A DNA stretch of 64,000 bases from positions 16,177-80,176 of the forward strand of contig DAHWNL010000073.1 in the NCBI GenBank assembly GCA_027339965.1, given 5' to 3'. Of this stretch, positions 35,890 to 44,673 are shown one piece after another. The stretch is from Granulicella sp. GTDB taxonomy: Bacteria; Acidobacteriota; Terriglobia; Terriglobales; Acidobacteriaceae. Every line of letters starts with the position of its first letter. Within the stretch, counting starts at the first letter, position 1. The position numbers were made by a program, and so were the translations under genes. Under the pieces are notes generated by a model. That model was not told where the DNA came from, made no database searches, and was given only the letters and a program-made list of their open reading frames with translations.

Positions 35890-36161
35890 GCCTCACCTCG
35901 CGTTTCGGTTGCTGTTGCTGTCGGGACGGATGTGCCGGGATTTTCGGGGATGATCAAAACTGCCAGTCGTCCGCCCCACCTCCACAAACGACGTGCAACT
36001 CGGACAATGACGAAAATCTCGACGACCAGGCAAAAAGCTGCTACGGCAATCCCAAATACAAGTCGCGCGGCTTCAAAGTGGAGCGCAGCGGAGAGCAGGA
36101 GGACGAGCAACAGTCCTTCCAGGACGAACACAGCGGATTGCAATAGCAGGCGGTAGTTCAT
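35886..36161 (-). CDS. Small membrane protein
   Basis: Two TMs; ATGA overlaps at both ends. Confidence 0.55.
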   Translation of the reverse strand: MNYRLLLQSAVFVLEGLLLVLLLSAALHFEAARLVFGIAVAAFCLVVEIFVIVRVARRLWRWGGRLAVLIIPENPGTSVPTATATETRGEA

Positions 36162-36394
36162 TGCAGGGACTCCTCCCTCGTGCAAAGTCCGACGCAGAGA
36201 TTGGGGTATTGTGGCCACCTGATGTGCAACTTGGAATTTGCGAGAAAATCCGGTGGCCAGTCATCAGGGCGCGACAGCGCCACTGATCCCCCTTCGATAC
36301 GGGGCAGCGAAACAGGGGTCTGCGCCGCGTCGCTGAAGAAGGCCGCGAGACAAAGCAGGAGCGCACCGAGAATCTCAACTACATGGCGCTTCAC
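36158..36394 (-). CDS. Small secreted or membrane protein
   Basis: GTGA overlap with upstream stop; signal-like N-terminus. Confidence 0.45.
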   Translation of the reverse strand: MKRHVVEILGALLLCLAAFFSDAAQTPVSLPRIEGGSVALSRPDDWPPDFLANSKLHIRWPQYPNLCVGLCTREESLQ

Positions 36395-37077
36395 AGGTTC
36401 ACCCCCGCGAAATGCGTCACCAGCGCCCAGATCCCGCTGACACACAGGAAGGCGAGGCCGCTCGCCGCGAGAGCACCCCACGGGCGATGCCGCACGTGAT
36501 TGAGAATCGCCGCTGAAAGGGCAAGGCCCCCTACGATTGGGCTGATCCGGTTGGCGGCATATCCGAACATGCTCATCAGCATGTCAGTCATTCCATAGGC
36601 GTCGCCGGTCTGCATCCAGCTTCCGGTCGCGAGGTTGTAAAACCCCTGCACGCCAAGAAGAAACAACGCCGCGATGATCGAAGCCAAAGGGTTGTAGCCC
36701 TGGCTCATGTCGAGAACCGCCTTGAATACGAGCGAGGCCGCGACCACTGGGACGATATGTCCGATCAGAACGTCGCTGACGAAGTCGTTGGTGACCCGCT
36801 CGATACCGGCGGTGTACGGCGCACCGGTCGCGCCGGCAATGACGAGTTGTTGCGCTCCGGGAACCGACTCCTGAGCCAGCCAATGGCTTACCCCTGGAAG
36901 AGTCAGAAGAAAGCAGCCCCACAGCAACCACTTCAGAAAGCCGCCACTGGCCTCAAAGTTCATTCCCCCTTCCGAGCGCAGCCTCATGCCCGCCATCACG
37001 AACGCGCCCAGCGACGCCGGGATGGCGAGATCCATGAGAAGCCCGAGAATGGCTCTGAAGACCAGTGGCGCCTGCAT
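36391..37077 (-). CDS. Pilin-like membrane protein, about three repeats
   Basis: Six TM segments in three hairpins; the last reads ANRISP...LCVSGIWAL. Confidence 0.6.
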   Translation of the reverse strand: MQAPLVFRAILGLLMDLAIPASLGAFVMAGMRLRSEGGMNFEASGGFLKWLLWGCFLLTLPGVSHWLAQESVPGAQQLVIAGATGAPYTAGIERVTNDFVSDVLIGHIVPVVAASLVFKAVLDMSQGYNPLASIIAALFLLGVQGFYNLATGSWMQTGDAYGMTDMLMSMFGYAANRISPIVGGLALSAAILNHVRHRPWGALAASGLAFLCVSGIWALVTHFAGVNL

Positions 37078-37084
37078 AAACCAC

Positions 37085-37465
37085 CTACCCGATTGCCTGG
37101 CCTTGTGCGATGAAGTACTCGATAAGCCGCAGGATGCCGGAAACGCAGATCAAACCGCCTGCGGTCATGGCGGAAGGGAGCCAGCTGCGGCCACTGCGCC
37201 ACTGAAGGATGGTTGCGACGACGGCGATACCGGCGCCCACCGGGCAGATCACGTTGCAAAGCCAGTTGACGGCGTTGAGAAACGCACCTTCCGGCTGCGC
37301 CGCGGTCTGGCCCTGGACGGCCTGGCCCATCGCCGGCGTGGTGCCGAGGTTTTGAGCCAGGCTGGCGCAGGGCGCCAGAACGGCCGCTCCGATACAGGAA
37401 GCGAGCAGGAACGCCAGCACCTGCTTGCGTCCGGCGCGCACTGTTCGCATGAACGACTGGATCAT
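37085..37465 (-). CDS. Pilin-like (VirB2/TrbC-like) protein, one repeat
   Basis: Signal peptide (ASLA-Q), then WLCNVICP...ICVSGILRLIEYF; first gene of the operon. Confidence 0.65.
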   Translation of the reverse strand: MIQSFMRTVRAGRKQVLAFLLASCIGAAVLAPCASLAQNLGTTPAMGQAVQGQTAAQPEGAFLNAVNWLCNVICPVGAGIAVVATILQWRSGRSWLPSAMTAGGLICVSGILRLIEYFIAQGQAIG

Positions 37466-37684
37466 GGACTTGCCTCCTTGACGGGAAACCGTCGCCGAAG
37501 AAAATCACACGGTTTGTCGATTCGTGCAAACGAGCGACTACGGCTTGCCCAAATGTCCTATGGACCGATGTCACGATGGGCGCATGAAGAAGATCGACCT
37601 GATTCCGTCTATAAGGGTGATCTGATTTAGCTTCTTATAAGGATGGTGTGGCGGGCATCGAATTCGGGAGACGTAGCCCCCGAG

Positions 37685-37741
37685 TTTTTCGACAGAAGCC
37701 TGGTACGCAGCTTTTCTCCTTTCGAAAAACCTCATCGTCGG
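37685..37741 (+). repeat. 57-bp palindromic direct repeat, copy 1 (A type)
   Basis: TTTTTCGACAGAAGCCTGGTACGCAGCTTTTCTCCTTTCGAAAAACCTCATCGTCGG. Confidence 0.9.
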
Positions 37742-37906
37742 CCCGGCACTCTCCCAGTTTGGCCACGCTTTGCTTAACTTGATATCGCTTGTAGCAGGCT
37801 ATTGGCGCGGACGTTCGACTGTTTGGGCAGGGCACTGAGCCAGCTAACTTTGGGTTAAGGTTGCCGGAGTCGGTACAATCATTGACGTAAAAAACGCAAA
37901 TGACAA

Positions 37907-39169
37907 ATGAATACTGTCGAATATCAAAACGCACTCGACCTTGGGCTCGGCAGAGCCGTCCAGCACCTGCGCAACCATGACGGTCATCCCTATCGCGAAA
38001 TCATTTTGGACGCTTGTCTACATAACAAGGCTTACGATCCACAGGTCGAGGGCAGCCGAGCGCGATACATGCTCGACATCCTCCTCAGCTCTGGGGAAGC
38101 GTCGTTCTATGCCGATCGAGTCATTGGCTCGCTCTGGGATGAAGAACACGACTGGGATACGCCGCAGAGATACGGAATCACGAGGCTGTTGGCCCAAGGA
38201 GGAGACAATTCCGCCCGTGAAGCTATGTATTCGGCATTCACGGCTAAGCAACCATACGCGAGTGACATTGCAGTCGAATTCATAAATCTCGACGGCATAC
38301 AAGGCCTGATATTCGTGGCCAGCCAGATCGGCGGGCGGCTGGCGAGAAATGCCGATGATTGGGAAGACGACTTCCTTCTGTCAATAGCGGGAGACGTTTG
38401 CGGCGAAGAAGTTGCGGTTACTGCACTCAAAGAGGCAGGCGCCACGGACCCAAACGTAAAGGCCTACTTGGCTGCCGTCGAGAATAATCGGGATTTGCGG
38501 GCGAAGGCTCCGAGAACTGATCCGAAGACAATGTCCTACGATCAAATCCGGTCATGTATCGAGTCGAAACGTCAAATCGGCTTTCTAGCAGAATGGGCAA
38601 AATGGGCGAGCGATTCTGACCTGGAGCGTGCCGCGCACGACCTCATTAAGGAGAAGGACCTTGAAAACCTGAAGTGGTTTCTCGTTCTGTTTAGAAAGAG
38701 GCATTTTCCGCTGGAAGTCGATCATCTGCTCAAGCTCTTGGAATTGCCAGACGGTCCTGTTCCATTTCATGCACTTCGAGCTCTCGCAAACATCGAAGAC
38801 GAGCGTGTTCGGAAGCTCGCATTCGAAGTCCTCGAGATGGATTCAAGGCGCGGGTGGGCAATTGATCTGCTGGCCAGGAATTTCCGAGGCGGGGACCACG
38901 CAGTGGTGGAAGGTTGGTGCGATTCAGAACACAATCCGGGCATCGTCAATGCATTCGATCGGAGCCTGAGGGAGTTTTTTTCCGCCAATCCGAACGCGGA
39001 GATCGAGGTACGATTGCTTAACAAAATGTATGAGAAGGAACCTTGCGCCCATTGCCGCTCATACATTGTAGAGCGGTTGCTGAAGTTGGATAGCCTGAGT
39101 GAAAGGCTGAGGAGCGAATGCGAAGTTGACTCGTACGCAGACACAAGGTCATTGGTGAAGGCGCGTTAG
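37907..39169 (+). CDS. Hypothetical alpha-helical (HEAT-like) cargo protein
   Basis: 420-aa ORF; YDPQVEGSRA; C-terminal PCAHCR...EC.VDS. Confidence 0.75.
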   Translation: MNTVEYQNALDLGLGRAVQHLRNHDGHPYREIILDACLHNKAYDPQVEGSRARYMLDILLSSGEASFYADRVIGSLWDEEHDWDTPQRYGITRLLAQGGDNSAREAMYSAFTAKQPYASDIAVEFINLDGIQGLIFVASQIGGRLARNADDWEDDFLLSIAGDVCGEEVAVTALKEAGATDPNVKAYLAAVENNRDLRAKAPRTDPKTMSYDQIRSCIESKRQIGFLAEWAKWASDSDLERAAHDLIKEKDLENLKWFLVLFRKRHFPLEVDHLLKLLELPDGPVPFHALRALANIEDERVRKLAFEVLEMDSRRGWAIDLLARNFRGGDHAVVEGWCDSEHNPGIVNAFDRSLREFFSANPNAEIEVRLLNKMYEKEPCAHCRSYIVERLLKLDSLSERLRSECEVDSYADTRSLVKAR

Positions 39170-39262
39170 GGTCGCGGCTAACGCTCTGGGGGCTTAACCA
39201 CAGACACTGACCTTTGTAGAGTCTTCGTTTTTCCCGAGCGAGCCAGTTGGGCCCCCCGCTTG

Positions 39263-39319
39263 TTTTTCAACAAAAGCCTGGTGCGCAGCTTTTCTTCTTT
39301 CGAAAGACCTCATCATCGG
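39263..39319 (+). repeat. 57-bp palindromic direct repeat, copy 2 (B type)
   Basis: TTTTTCAACAAAAGCCTGGTGCGCAGCTTTTCTTCTTTCGAAAGACCTCATCATCGG. Confidence 0.9.
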
Positions 39320-39361
39320 TTTAGGCATATTCAGATACGAACTTCCTCAGCGCCTTCCTGC

Positions 39362-40528
39362 CTAGGATTCCCGGTTGAGAATGTCGAGGTAACTGCCGTA
39401 GAGAAACAAGCGGCCTCTTCGTTTTCCGCTGGACTCCCGCAGGATGCCGGCTTCAATCATGCGATCCACCGCCGCGGATGCGGTTGGGAAACTTACCTCC
39501 GTCTCGCGGGCTGCGTTCCTGATCGAGAAAAGCGGGTTGGCTTGGGCATACCTATAGATCAGGAGCGCAGAAACTGCGCCGCGGCCGAAGCGTTCGATCT
39601 TTTCCTTGTCCGTATTGAAGAGTTTGTCGATGTTGCCGGCCGTTCGCGCCGCCTGATTTGCGGTGTCGCGGACACCTTGAAGGAAGAAGTCGAGCCACGC
39701 CCTCCAACCGTCGCTTTCTCGCGTTTCATTGAGCCGGTCATAGTAAAGCCGCCGATGCTTTTTGAAGAAAAGGCTGAGATAGAGAACGGGTTCGCGCAGC
39801 ACCTCCTCGGCACAAAGCATGAAGGTGATGAGTAGCCTGCCCACTCTGCCATTGCCGTCCAGAAAAGGATGAATCGATTCGAACTGTGCATGTACAAGGC
39901 CAGCCTTAATCAGCAGGGGAAGCGTTGAGCCCTCTTGATGGATGAATGTCTCCAGTTGGCCCATGCAGTCCGTAACATATTCAGGTGGAGGTGGAACGTA
40001 CGCCGCGTTTCCGGGCCGAGTGCCGCCGATCCAATTCTGGCTTTTTCTAAATTGTCCCGGCTGCGCGTGGCTGCCGCGTCCCTTAGCCAGAAGCACCTCG
40101 TGAATTTCGCGGATGAGACGAAGAGAGAGGGGAAAGCCGGCCCGCATGCGTTTCAGACCATGATTCAGGGCCGCCACATAGTTGGAGACTTCCTGCACGT
40201 CGTCCAGCGGAACGCCGGGCGTTTCTGCGTTTTCATAAAGCAAAAGATCGGAGAGAGAAGATTGCGTCCCCTCGATCTGAGACGAGAGCACGGCCTCCTT
40301 GCGAACGTAGGAGTAGAGGAAGAGCTTGAGGTCAGGGAGAGAAGAGGTTGTGCCATCCAGCCGACCGATGGCCTGATTCGCTTCGGCAAGGATGGCTTGA
40401 AGCGATGCCAGATCAAGTGCCCGCTGATTTGGCGGCAAAGGCGGGGGAACGAACGCGCGGACCCTCTCACCGGAAACGGTTGAAATCACGTAACGGTTTC
40501 TGGGAGCCGTGTTGGGGTGTCTGGGCAT
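39362..40528 (-). CDS. fic: Fic-family protein with N-terminal inhibitory motif and C-terminal HTH
   Basis: HPFLDGNGRVGR; SSQIEGT. Confidence 0.95.
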   Translation of the reverse strand: MPRHPNTAPRNRYVISTVSGERVRAFVPPPLPPNQRALDLASLQAILAEANQAIGRLDGTTSSLPDLKLFLYSYVRKEAVLSSQIEGTQSSLSDLLLYENAETPGVPLDDVQEVSNYVAALNHGLKRMRAGFPLSLRLIREIHEVLLAKGRGSHAQPGQFRKSQNWIGGTRPGNAAYVPPPPEYVTDCMGQLETFIHQEGSTLPLLIKAGLVHAQFESIHPFLDGNGRVGRLLITFMLCAEEVLREPVLYLSLFFKKHRRLYYDRLNETRESDGWRAWLDFFLQGVRDTANQAARTAGNIDKLFNTDKEKIERFGRGAVSALLIYRYAQANPLFSIRNAARETEVSFPTASAAVDRMIEAGILRESSGKRRGRLFLYGSYLDILNRES

Positions 40529-40546
40529 GCTTAAACTAGCTCACCT

Positions 40547-40597
40547 GCTATTAAAACATAATTCCATTCACTTTAATAATAAAATCCGCTATTAAAG
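40547..40597 (-). promoter_or_regulatory. AT-rich putative promoter/operator of fic
   Basis: GCTATTAAA at 40547 and 40588; inverted repeat CTTTAATA (40571-78) / TATTAAAG (40590-97). Confidence 0.45.
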
Positions 40598-40671
40598 GAT
40601 GCCCCATTATCGGCCGGCGGTAGCACCCTAGCCGCAGCCAAGCAGCGGGAGTTTCTCAAGCGGCCCGCCCG

Positions 40672-40728
40672 TCTTTCGACAAAAGCCTCGTACGCAGCTT
40701 TTCTTGTTTCGAAAAACTTCATCTTCGG
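40672..40728 (+). repeat. 57-bp palindromic direct repeat, copy 3 (A type)
   Basis: TCTTTCGACAAAAGCCTCGTACGCAGCTTTTCTTGTTTCGAAAAACTTCATCTTCGG. Confidence 0.9.
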
Positions 40729-40807
40729 CCTGGCGCTCTATCAGGCCGGCCCGGCTTGGCTTAATTGATATCGTAAGCAGGCCGATGAATGCTGTAGATT
40801 CAGAGGC

Positions 40808-41086
40808 ATGATTGGGAGCATGCTTCGGCAGTCAGAATGGGATGAAGATCGCTTAGAAGCGGCTCACAAGCATTCCATCTTCAACCGTGAAGAACTGCAA
40901 AGAAGTTCTCTGTGCGGATGCTTTTACTGCTTTGCGACCTTCTCCCCCGCAGAGGTATCTGAATGGATTGATGAAGGCCAGACAGCGGTATGTCCGAAGT
41001 GTCCGATCGATTCGGTAATCGGTTCCGCTTCTGGATTTCCGATCACGCAAGATTTCCTGCACTGCATGCATGACAAGTGCTTCTAG
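40808..41086 (+). CDS. Small Cys-rich (Zn-binding) cargo protein
   Basis: AHKHS, CGCFYC, TAVCPKCPIDSVIG. Confidence 0.75.
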   Translation: MIGSMLRQSEWDEDRLEAAHKHSIFNREELQRSSLCGCFYCFATFSPAEVSEWIDEGQTAVCPKCPIDSVIGSASGFPITQDFLHCMHDKCF

Positions 41087-41125
41087 TGCGGATTCGCGTA
41101 CGTTGAAGGGCAAGCCCCACTTCAG

Positions 41126-41668
41126 CTACTGTACCCAGGTCTCTCCCCTGCCAAATTCTTTCTCACCCGCAAGGAGTTGCACATCAGGTCGGTAATACGA
41201 AACCACATCGATAAGGTGATTTAGGCAGATAAGTTTGTAATGCAGAATCTCTTGGATATGGCCGCCCGTATCGCGCATTACGTGGTCGAGGAAATGCGAT
41301 CGCGTGTAGACGCGCAGAATCTTCCCTGTGTAGACCTCGTCGTCGTAGCCATTCGGCGCATTTGACCCTACGAGTTCCTCGGTCACCAGGTAGGCGAGGT
41401 AGTGCTTCCACGATAGCTGGAACACCTTGCATCCCTCGACGGACTCTATGGGGTGTGCTCCTGCTAATAGCTGTGCCAGTTCAGGTCGATCACTTGCGAC
41501 CACTGCTGCCTCGTTCACGACAGCCTCTTCCACAACAATTCTCAAAGAATTGAAAACGTTCTTGTTCGGCTCGGAGATTTGGCGGAGATCGACATACCTC
41601 GCAGCGTTCAATCGCTCGATTACTTCGGAATCAGGCACTCGCAAGGGGTTCTCTGACATCTCACCCAT
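41126..41668 (-). CDS. Hypothetical cargo protein
   Basis: 180-aa ORF; YLAYLVTEE, SHFLDH, HYKLICLNHLIDVVS. Confidence 0.7.
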   Translation of the reverse strand: MGEMSENPLRVPDSEVIERLNAARYVDLRQISEPNKNVFNSLRIVVEEAVVNEAAVVASDRPELAQLLAGAHPIESVEGCKVFQLSWKHYLAYLVTEELVGSNAPNGYDDEVYTGKILRVYTRSHFLDHVMRDTGGHIQEILHYKLICLNHLIDVVSYYRPDVQLLAGEKEFGRGETWVQ

Positions 41669-41765
41669 ATCGTAACGTGTCTACCACAGGCTAACAGGCG
41701 ATCGACAGCTCAAACTCGTCAACGAGCGTCTTTCCCAAGTGGGGCCGACTGGGCCTCCACCCTTG

Positions 41766-41822
41766 TTTTTCAACAAAAGCCTGGTACTCAGCTTTTCTTC
41801 TCTCGAAAAACTTCACCATCGA
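41766..41822 (+). repeat. 57-bp palindromic direct repeat, copy 4 (B type)
   Basis: TTTTTCAACAAAAGCCTGGTACTCAGCTTTTCTTCTCTCGAAAAACTTCACCATCGA. Confidence 0.9.
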
Positions 41823-41873
41823 CCCGATTGCCCTCCGAGGGGACCGCCAGATTTGAAACATGAGCCTGTACCG

Positions 41874-43166
41874 TCATGGTTGTTCTGCATCCGCAAATTG
41901 GCCGATACCCATACCCGCGCGTGGAATGTGAATCGCCTTGTCCGAGTTCTGGGCCTTTGCTGCCGCAGCCTTCTCGAACACGAGATAGATCTCTGTCCCG
42001 GCAGGAACACTCACGACGATGTGCTCAAGGGTGAGCATCCTCATGATCTGCTCATCGCCGGCATTCCCGATGTTGTTTGCGACCTGCATTCGCATCAGAT
42101 CTCCTTCACTGAAGGAGTTGTTCACGCTGGGTGCGCCAACAAGCATCGCCGCAGTCTCACCAATTCCGGACAAGGAACGGATCAACATGTTCTTTCCACG
42201 TTGACGTCCAGTTACAGTCCCCTGTATGGCCTGGAGGTTCATGTTGGCGGCCACAGCGTCAATTGGGATAGTGGATCCATCAGGGGATTCGAGAGATGAG
42301 AATTCGATATTCATCAATCCAGATGGATCCGCCTGAATGATTTTGCCAACGGCCCGGGCTCCGGCCGGAATGATCACCTCTCCATCGCGCTCGTAGTTGT
42401 ACTCGATCACGGCAACGACAGGCGCGCGCACAGCCGTGGTAGCCATCGATTCAAGGCGCGCTGCCACATGGTAACCGGGGGCCAGGCCGAGATTGTCGAC
42501 GGGCGGCGCCGAGTTCTGCACCTGCGGATGAACTGCCGTCTGTTCATGCGCCGTGAAAACCAGGGATGGAGAGTCCAGCGCATCCTCCGCCTTCTTTTGT
42601 GCCTGCTGATTTACCGAGTTCTCGCCGCCATAAGGCGGAGGCGTCCATCGAGATTGCGCATTGGGAGCGGTGTTCGGCTCATCAAATTTCGCCACCTCGC
42701 CGAGAGTTCTGGGATTCTGGGATGGATTTACTCCGGCCCCGCCGCGGGACAGGGCCTGTTTAGTACCAGGCGATTTTGTCCGCTCGATGTCGGTGGCATC
42801 GACGGTGCCGGGTTCCGGCGCAGCATTGGGAGATGGCTTCACCGCGTTATTGGGCAGAAGATTTGTGCTGGAGCCTGCAGTCCGCGATTGTCCGAGATTG
42901 GGCCTGCTGGCTTGAGAGAGCAGCCTTTTCCTGAATGTTCCTTTGGTCGAAAGGAAGGCGACCATCCCAATTCCAAACAGAGCGATCGCGCCGAAGACAA
43001 TCAGCATCGTGGCCAGATTGCCGCCGCCTGAACCGCGACTCTTCTTCAGCACAAATGGCCGCTTGCTTACCGATCCCAGCGGCGTCTCGTTCTCCTCTGA
43101 GGGAGCAACTCCGGCGTCTACCTTCTGGACTGTTTCATCCCTCTCTACTGTCTGTGCCTGACCCAT
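41874..43166 (-). CDS. virB10: VirB10/TrbI-like protein
   Basis: TM, Pro-rich linker, G..VAARLE...PVVAVI...VIIPAGARAVG, VPAGTEIYLVF. Confidence 0.85.
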   Translation of the reverse strand: MGQAQTVERDETVQKVDAGVAPSEENETPLGSVSKRPFVLKKSRGSGGGNLATMLIVFGAIALFGIGMVAFLSTKGTFRKRLLSQASRPNLGQSRTAGSSTNLLPNNAVKPSPNAAPEPGTVDATDIERTKSPGTKQALSRGGAGVNPSQNPRTLGEVAKFDEPNTAPNAQSRWTPPPYGGENSVNQQAQKKAEDALDSPSLVFTAHEQTAVHPQVQNSAPPVDNLGLAPGYHVAARLESMATTAVRAPVVAVIEYNYERDGEVIIPAGARAVGKIIQADPSGLMNIEFSSLESPDGSTIPIDAVAANMNLQAIQGTVTGRQRGKNMLIRSLSGIGETAAMLVGAPSVNNSFSEGDLMRMQVANNIGNAGDEQIMRMLTLEHIVVSVPAGTEIYLVFEKAAAAKAQNSDKAIHIPRAGMGIGQFADAEQP

Positions 43167-43199
43167 GGTCCACCTCATTTCCTGAACTGATTTACCTGG

Positions 43200-44165
43200 T
43201 CACTGTCCGGGAGCGACGAAGGGCAACTGCAGCAGCAGTGGATGATCCACAGCGCTGGCCGTTCCCAGCTCCAATACCAGATGGTCCGCGCTCTGCTTGA
43301 ACCCCGGCCGCGAAAACTCCACGGCGCCATCTGCTCGCTCCCCGGGGGCGAGGCGGCGGGCGGTCAGTCGGTACTCGGATACGGGCACCTGGTCTGCCAG
43401 GACCTGATCTTTCTTCTTTTTCTTCGCGCTGAGGTTTGGGCTTCGTAGCTCGACCTGCGGCGGCAGAACCTCAATCCAGTGATCCGATTTGTTGACGACC
43501 GAGAACGCGGCCAGCATGCGCTGCCCTCTTTCCTGCACCGCTCCGAGTGCCCCAAGGATAGGCTTACCTGAGTCCGCGCGATCTGAAGCGTTTGAATCCC
43601 CGCTGTTGGTCGTAGTCCAATCAGGACTCGCGATCCCCGACTGCTGCTTGAGTGCAATATCGATAGCCGATGGTTTTGCCAGCGGGTCAGGAACAGATAC
43701 GGAGTTCCCGGCAACGTCGTCTGTCGATCCGATCAGGAAACTCTGCCTTGGCTCGAAGTTCACAACGAAATCGACTGGAATTCCGGTGCTGCTGCCTTCC
43801 GACAGCAGACGCAAACTGATCTCCTGTCCCGATTGAAGGGAGATGATCAGATTGCTCGCTGTAGCCCCCGCCGTAATTGGCTTGATGAACACCAACCTTG
43901 GATCGGCGGCGGAGTGCTCGACCTTGAACAGGGTCGGCGCTCCCACGGCGACGGACGTCACGGCATCGGGCAGGCGAATCGTCGTGGTAAAGAACGGATG
44001 GAGATGTACATCAGTCACGGTGCTCGCGGAGATCGGCAGGTCGACAATTGCGGGATCCACCCGCTGTGCGCCGCCTCCAACCTGATCTGGCTGCTGCGCC
44101 CTGCCACTACCCGTCAATGCCCCGACAATAATGAGACTGGCAATGACGATTTGCTGAGGTTTCAT
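43200..44165 (-). CDS. Secreted T4SS core-complex protein (VirB9/TraK-like)
   Basis: Signal peptide; TTIRLPDAVTSVAVG...VFIKP; AAGGAGG RBS. Confidence 0.65.
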   Translation of the reverse strand: MKPQQIVIASLIIVGALTGSGRAQQPDQVGGGAQRVDPAIVDLPISASTVTDVHLHPFFTTTIRLPDAVTSVAVGAPTLFKVEHSAADPRLVFIKPITAGATASNLIISLQSGQEISLRLLSEGSSTGIPVDFVVNFEPRQSFLIGSTDDVAGNSVSVPDPLAKPSAIDIALKQQSGIASPDWTTTNSGDSNASDRADSGKPILGALGAVQERGQRMLAAFSVVNKSDHWIEVLPPQVELRSPNLSAKKKKKDQVLADQVPVSEYRLTARRLAPGERADGAVEFSRPGFKQSADHLVLELGTASAVDHPLLLQLPFVAPGQ

Positions 44166-44166
44166 G

Positions 44167-44673
44167 TCAGTTTCCTCCTTCCGGCCCAAAAGTCCTCCGC
44201 TCCGGCTGGCTGCGAAGATCGCTCTGGTAGCGGCGACGAACAGATTCCACGTATCGCACCACATCGGGATTGCTGTAAGAGAAACCGCGCTGAAGAATGT
44301 GCCTGGAACCGCAGTAGTAGGCTGCAACGGCGAGCCGCATATCGCCATGGAATTCGCTGAGTAGATCGGCCAGATACCGAACTCCGCCGCTGAGGTTTTC
44401 CAAAATGTCGTACCGATTGCGAACACCGTATATGGCAGCGGTTCCCGGCATCAGCTGCATCAGCCCCTCAGCATCTTTCACTGACCGCGCAAGAGGATTC
44501 CAGTCCGATTCCTGTTCGATGATGGCGTCAACGAGTGCGCGGGGAACGCCGTAATGGTCCGCATAGGCGTTTGCGTAGTACATCGTTACCCGATCTTGTG
44601 CGTATGCGGCGGGATGCATAGCAACGGCGAAAGAGACCGCCGCAAAGAGATCGAGAAGCGATGCTTTGATCAT
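44167..44673 (-). CDS. Lytic transglycosylase (VirB1-like)
   Basis: AIIEQES.WNP.A.S...A.GLMQLMP.TA, AVAAYY.G. Confidence 0.92.
   Translation of the reverse strand: MIKASLLDLFAAVSFAVAMHPAAYAQDRVTMYYANAYADHYGVPRALVDAIIEQESDWNPLARSVKDAEGLMQLMPGTAAIYGVRNRYDILENLSGGVRYLADLLSEFHGDMRLAVAAYYCGSRHILQRGFSYSNPDVVRYVESVRRRYQSDLRSQPERRTFGPEGGN

Noticed and set aside
37685..41822. CRISPR array or classical integron
   Set aside because: The repeats are more than 1 kb apart and enclose whole genes. There are no cas genes, no RYYYAAC/GTTRRRY attC ends and no adjacent IntI, and the cargo lies in both orientations.
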